From Acidobacteriota bacterium (GTDB lineage: Bacteria; Acidobacteriota; UBA6911), in the NCBI GenBank assembly GCA_963664705.1, contig OY761556.1, forward strand, positions 5,088,001 through 5,152,000: 64,000 bases of DNA, given 5' to 3'. Below, piece by piece: positions 60,531-64,000 of this stretch; the stretch's first letter is position 1; each line of letters starts with the position of its first letter. Below the pieces are notes generated by a model, which was not told where the DNA came from, ran no database searches, and saw only the letters and a list, made by a program, of their open reading frames with translations. The position numbers were made by a program, and so were the translations under genes.

Positions 60531-61832
60531 TTAGGTGGATAACTGCCTTGAAAGAGTAACATCGGGGAATACTCTCAAAATCCCACGAGAAACTGTTCTA
60601 ACAAGTCCCTCTTTTTCTATTTGAAGATCCCAGTGGAGTTCGCTTGCGCGATCCTCGAGCTCCTCTGTGTCTTCAGGATCAATATTGACCGTTGCAACTT
60701 TATTGACGGGATCGACCTCTATTCCATCCAATTCCGTCTTTTGGAAAACGGACAATTCATCTGAGTCTTTGTAGGATTTTTTGGCCGTAAACCATATGGA
60801 CAGGCCCGCTTCTTCAAACACATCATCCGTAAAAGTAAAAATTCGAGAATCACCCCTAACCATTCTCAAGTCGATTGAGGTAGAAATTAGTGTTGTAATT
60901 GGAACCATCGTGGATGTCAGAATGTTAAACTTCGTTGCCATGCCCTGGAGCTGACCATCAATGGCAATTTCTTTGTCCCCATCGACGCCAAGGGCATCGC
61001 GAATCTGTTTCTTCTCGTAAGCGGTCCAATCGGCTTCTCCGGTACCTCCTCCACCACCTCCGGTCAGCGCATTCGCATCAACCTGGTTGGGGACGGTGAA
61101 TCGGACTTGGTCTGTCACCTGTTTTATTAATGCTAGGTGTGATCCGGAAATCTCAAGAGCTGTCTTTATGGAGGCAATTGCCGTGGCATTCCAACTCACG
61201 GTCGCATCTGATTTCGGCACCTTGGCAAGTTCAGTCAGCAACGTTGAGATTTCAGTGTCAATATATCCGGCAATCGCTCCCAGAGCAGATAGGATAGAAG
61301 TTTGATTTGCGGCGGTTGCATCGCCAATCGTTGGGAGTGATCCTCCGTTCCAGGCCTTGGCATCCGCGGGGAGGTTCCCAGTCACGTCCGCAGCTGCTAA
61401 TGTTGCCGCGCTTTTTGCGCTGATAGACTGATCGACGAATGCGGCCTTGGCATCGGTCCAGGTCTCATTCGTGAGAGCTGTCGCGGAGAGTTCAAATGTA
61501 ATCGTAAACTTCTGGCTGTCACTCGTGCCGATCTGAAACGTCACCCAGGCGGCGCCGGCGGCGAAGGCGAGATCCGGGGCATCGAAGCGGTAATGCCCGG
61601 CTACATTGGCGACTTCCTTCACCCCTCCAGCAGAAAAAGCGCTATTCAGTGCAGCCAGATCGGAAAAAGACAAGGCGACCGCTGCAGCCGCTCCCTGCCG
61701 GTAATAGTAGCCGGAAAGATTCGCCGCAACCTTTCCCGTCAAAGGCAGGCCCGTTGCGCTGGCAAAAAGCTGCACTGGAATTGACACGGATGTCGACCCG
61801 ACTCGAATACCGCCTTGCAATTTATCTGGCAT
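60531..61832 (-). CDS. Phage structural/tail protein with C-terminal BppU-like domain
   Basis: Ala/Thr-rich; C-terminal RGDS...WFTAK...IDPEDT...WDLQI...G.L...PDVT. Confidence 0.6.
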   Translation of the reverse strand: MPDKLQGGIRVGSTSVSIPVQLFASATGLPLTGKVAANLSGYYYRQGAAAAVALSFSDLAALNSAFSAGGVKEVANVAGHYRFDAPDLAFAAGAAWVTFQIGTSDSQKFTITFELSATALTNETWTDAKAAFVDQSISAKSAATLAAADVTGNLPADAKAWNGGSLPTIGDATAANQTSILSALGAIAGYIDTEISTLLTELAKVPKSDATVSWNATAIASIKTALEISGSHLALIKQVTDQVRFTVPNQVDANALTGGGGGGTGEADWTAYEKKQIRDALGVDGDKEIAIDGQLQGMATKFNILTSTMVPITTLISTSIDLRMVRGDSRIFTFTDDVFEEAGLSIWFTAKKSYKDSDELSVFQKTELDGIEVDPVNKVATVNIDPEDTEELEDRASELHWDLQIEKEGLVRTVSRGILRVFPDVTLSRQLST

Positions 61833-61956
61833 AGTTACCCTTCCAGAGGTTTATAATGCTCGGACCTGGTTCCCGACGGGGACGCAAGTAAGGCGAAACG
61901 CTATAGACGGTTCGCTTTGGCCAGGCCAACGCAAACAACTTTCTATAGAGGTTGTC

Positions 61957-62769
61957 ATGACCAGTGCTTTCGAAAAATATCTCTTCATCAAAAAGGGTCT
62001 CGGGCCCGTCACCGTTTCAAACCATTCCAAAGCCATCAAGCGCATCGCGGCAGAGCTTGGAGGCGCATTTAGCCGGCGCCGGGCCGAAAACTACGTTCTG
62101 AAGTTGTATCAGTCGACGGCCAGCTACTCGCATAAATCCAATCAGGCCAAGTCCCTCGAGTACTGGTTTGAGTTTCGCCGCCAGCCCATTCACTTTGCTA
62201 GGCAGCGCAAGCCAAAACCGATGATCAAACAGACGCTGTCCGAATCCGAGGTCACGCGGATGCTTTTCTCCTGCAGGAACATCCGGGAGAAGGCGATCAT
62301 CGGAACCTTGGCTTATGCTGGCCTGCGCCCGAAAGAGCTCGAGAAGCTCCACGTCCAGGACGTCGACTTTTCCTCCAACACCTTGCGCGTCATCAACGGC
62401 AAAGGCGCCAAGGACGGAATCATCTACCTTCCCGCTGCTGGCGTTCAGATCCTGATGCAGTATCTCTCGGCTCATCCGCGTCGGCCCGAGCAGCTCATGT
62501 TTGTGACCATCTACGATAAGCCCTTCACCGGATACTGCCAGCGCAAACTGATGAAGACGATCGGCCGCAGGGCCAGGATCGATAGGCGCGTTTACCCCTA
62601 CCTTTTGCGTCATAGCCTCGGGACAAACCTGGTGCTGCGCGGCGGAGATATCTTCCTGGTGAAGCGTCAGCTGCGCCACTCCAACATCGCCACTTCGCTT
62701 GGTTATATTCATTGTCTCGGTGTCGGCATGAAAAACGAGTATGAACGCTACGCCCCGAACTACAGCTAG
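61957..62769 (+). CDS. Xer-like tyrosine recombinase within the tail module (opposite strand)
   Basis: GLRPKEL, GKGAKD, YPYLLRHS, LRHSNIATSLGY; 270 aa, too short for an arm-binding domain. Confidence 0.9.
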   Translation: MTSAFEKYLFIKKGLGPVTVSNHSKAIKRIAAELGGAFSRRRAENYVLKLYQSTASYSHKSNQAKSLEYWFEFRRQPIHFARQRKPKPMIKQTLSESEVTRMLFSCRNIREKAIIGTLAYAGLRPKELEKLHVQDVDFSSNTLRVINGKGAKDGIIYLPAAGVQILMQYLSAHPRRPEQLMFVTIYDKPFTGYCQRKLMKTIGRRARIDRRVYPYLLRHSLGTNLVLRGGDIFLVKRQLRHSNIATSLGYIHCLGVGMKNEYERYAPNYS

Positions 62770-62792
62770 TCAGTAAACTGCACTGCCGGGTC

Positions 62793-62818
62793 AGTCCCTG
62801 CTTCCCCTCGGGGACTTT
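62793..62818 (+). terminator. Hairpin after the recombinase
   Basis: AGTCCC...GGGACT-TT between convergent genes. Confidence 0.4.
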
Positions 62819-62822
62819 CCAC

Positions 62823-63134
62823 TTAGGTTACCGTCGCCCCTGTATTCTCCGCTGAAATCGTGTCATTGAGCGCTGCATGCCGCCGCTCAGCCTTGTCCTG
62901 ACGCATGACGCCCAGAATGAACCCCGAGACAATGGACTTCATGAAAACCTTTTTGGTCACCGGGTTGGCAATCAACGGCCTGTCAGATTCGGTCTGGCCT
63001 GATCCCGGTACCCAGGATGGATCGGGGATGGTGGCCGGGCGGTTGTAGATCCGCGCGAAGCTGTCCTTGGGGTCATCAAACTTGGTATCGTCCCAGGTCA
63101 CCGTGACCGCCACATTGTCTGTCTGCTGAGCCAT
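62823..63134 (-). CDS. Small protein following the tail-fibre segment (possible fibre chaperone)
   Basis: Strong RBS AAAGGAG; immediately downstream of the fibre-like ORF. Confidence 0.65.
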   Translation of the reverse strand: MAQQTDNVAVTVTWDDTKFDDPKDSFARIYNRPATIPDPSWVPGSGQTESDRPLIANPVTKKVFMKSIVSGFILGVMRQDKAERRHAALNDTISAENTGATVT

Positions 63135-63144
63135 AATTGCTCCT

Positions 63145-63741
63145 TTATGATGTTGCAGGGGTCAGGGTCAAATAGTGCACCGTCACCCTCACCACGCCCG
63201 CGTTAAACGTCTTGCCGCCGTCGCAGGTAAGGACCACGCTCGTGGCCGCCGTATAGAAAACCGGTGACTGAATCGTGATGTTGGCGAGCGTCACATCAGC
63301 GGCAAAGGCTATCGCCGCTCCCCATCGATCGACATCGGTCCCATCACCCACGCTGTAAGTAGTGCCACCATCACCGCTCGCAACGGTCGTTGTTGGATGC
63401 ACGGTCACGCCAAACACCAGCGATCCTGCGGGGATCAGATTCGTCAGCGTCAGGGTTGCTCCCGACATTGCTCCTGATTGGACCGTGGCTTGATCGATCT
63501 TGGTCTGCTGAGCGTTGACTCCCTTGCGATAGAGAGCGCCGGCGGCGGTGATCCCGGCCAGTACGTTCCCGCTCGAATTCTGAGCCTGCAAAAGATCGGC
63601 AGACTGGCTTGCTGCACCTTGGAGAATCCCCACGATTGCAGCGCTGTCGGAACCTTTGGCGTGGAGGCGTCCACCTGGGCTTGTCGTACCGATCCCGACA
63701 TGCCCAAACACCAGCAATAGGAGAATTAATGCACGATACAT
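63145..63741 (-). CDS. Tail-fibre C-terminal module starting at GHVGIGTTSP (possibly a silent cassette)
   Basis: GxVGIGTTxP fibre motif at codon 13; the ATG lies inside the preceding gene and has no clear RBS. Confidence 0.65.
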   Translation of the reverse strand: MYRALILLLLVFGHVGIGTTSPGGRLHAKGSDSAAIVGILQGAASQSADLLQAQNSSGNVLAGITAAGALYRKGVNAQQTKIDQATVQSGAMSGATLTLTNLIPAGSLVFGVTVHPTTTVASGDGGTTYSVGDGTDVDRWGAAIAFAADVTLANITIQSPVFYTAATSVVLTCDGGKTFNAGVVRVTVHYLTLTPATS

Positions 63742-64000
63742 AATTGATCCGGATCTCCGTTGGTTCTGTATACCGCACCGGCTGCAAGTCCGCCCGCGAC
63801 TGCCGCCGCGTTGTTGGCATAAATCGGTACGCCCGTGGCAACGATTGTTCTCAGTTTTAGATCGCCAAAGGTGCCGTTTTGGGTGCCGAGATTGATTTCA
63901 ACTACTCCGGCCGCATTGCGAGCCAGTCCGGTGTCGAGTGACCCCGATCCTATCCCGGCCCCGCTGTACCACCGGAAATCAATTCCTGATCCTAATCGAA
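63726..64000 (-). CDS. C-terminal end of a tail-fibre-like protein (partial)
   Basis: Manual translation ...DTGLARNAAGVVEIN...PIYANNAAAVAGGLAAGAVYRTNGDPDQLCIVH*, a fibre-tip-like ending. Confidence 0.7.
   Translation of the reverse strand, partial: RLGSGIDFRWYSGAGIGSGSLDTGLARNAAGVVEINLGTQNGTFGDLKLRTIVATGVPIYANNAAAVAGGLAAGAVYRTNGDPDQLCIVH

Larger units (their letters stand above)
43749..64000. mobile_element. Prophage integrated at tRNA-Leu(UAA); continues beyond the window
   Basis: att + integrase + Xis-like + divergent HTH pair + lysis + tail genes; dense short overlapping ORFs. Confidence 0.92.

Noticed and set aside
61870-61900. c-di-GMP-I riboswitch (GGGACGCAA resemblance)
   Set aside because: The upstream GGCAAAC and GNRA-loop stem and the rest of the consensus are absent
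55720-64000. Diversity-generating retroelement acting on tail genes
   Set aside because: No reverse transcriptase and no TR/VR repeat pair visible in the window

Overview
Bacterial DNA, probably Acidobacteriota (inferred from two Oar-type TonB-dependent receptors and an acidobacterial-style OM beta-barrel). It has three parts. (1) 1-17.3 kb: catabolic genes (MFS + sucrose phosphorylase, TonB receptor, glpFDK, two esterases, a B12 radical SAM enzyme) with gene scars between them. (2) 17.3-43.8 kb: five direct copies of the 3' half of a minus-strand tRNA-Leu(UAA), at about 17304, 27889, 33377, 38112 and 43749. They delimit four 5-11 kb segments that keep att-arm-like motifs but encode no site-specific integrase. 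Their cargo includes tannase-family esterases, a TonB receptor, a two-component system, QueG/RdhA-like Fe-S proteins with MarR, YgiQ/YjgA, a TetR-hydrolase cluster, and IS and AbiEii remnants. (3) 43.75-64 kb: the left part of a prophage integrated at that tRNA, with integrase, Xis-like, ParB-like, Cro/CI switch, OM-protein moron, lysis and tail genes. Its tail region contains a second, oppositely oriented tyrosine recombinase next to what looks like a start-less 'GxVGIGTT' tail-fibre cassette (candidate fibre-shuffling system). Its large tail protein carries a thrombospondin C-terminal-like domain. All product calls come from motif recognition by eye; no database searches were run.
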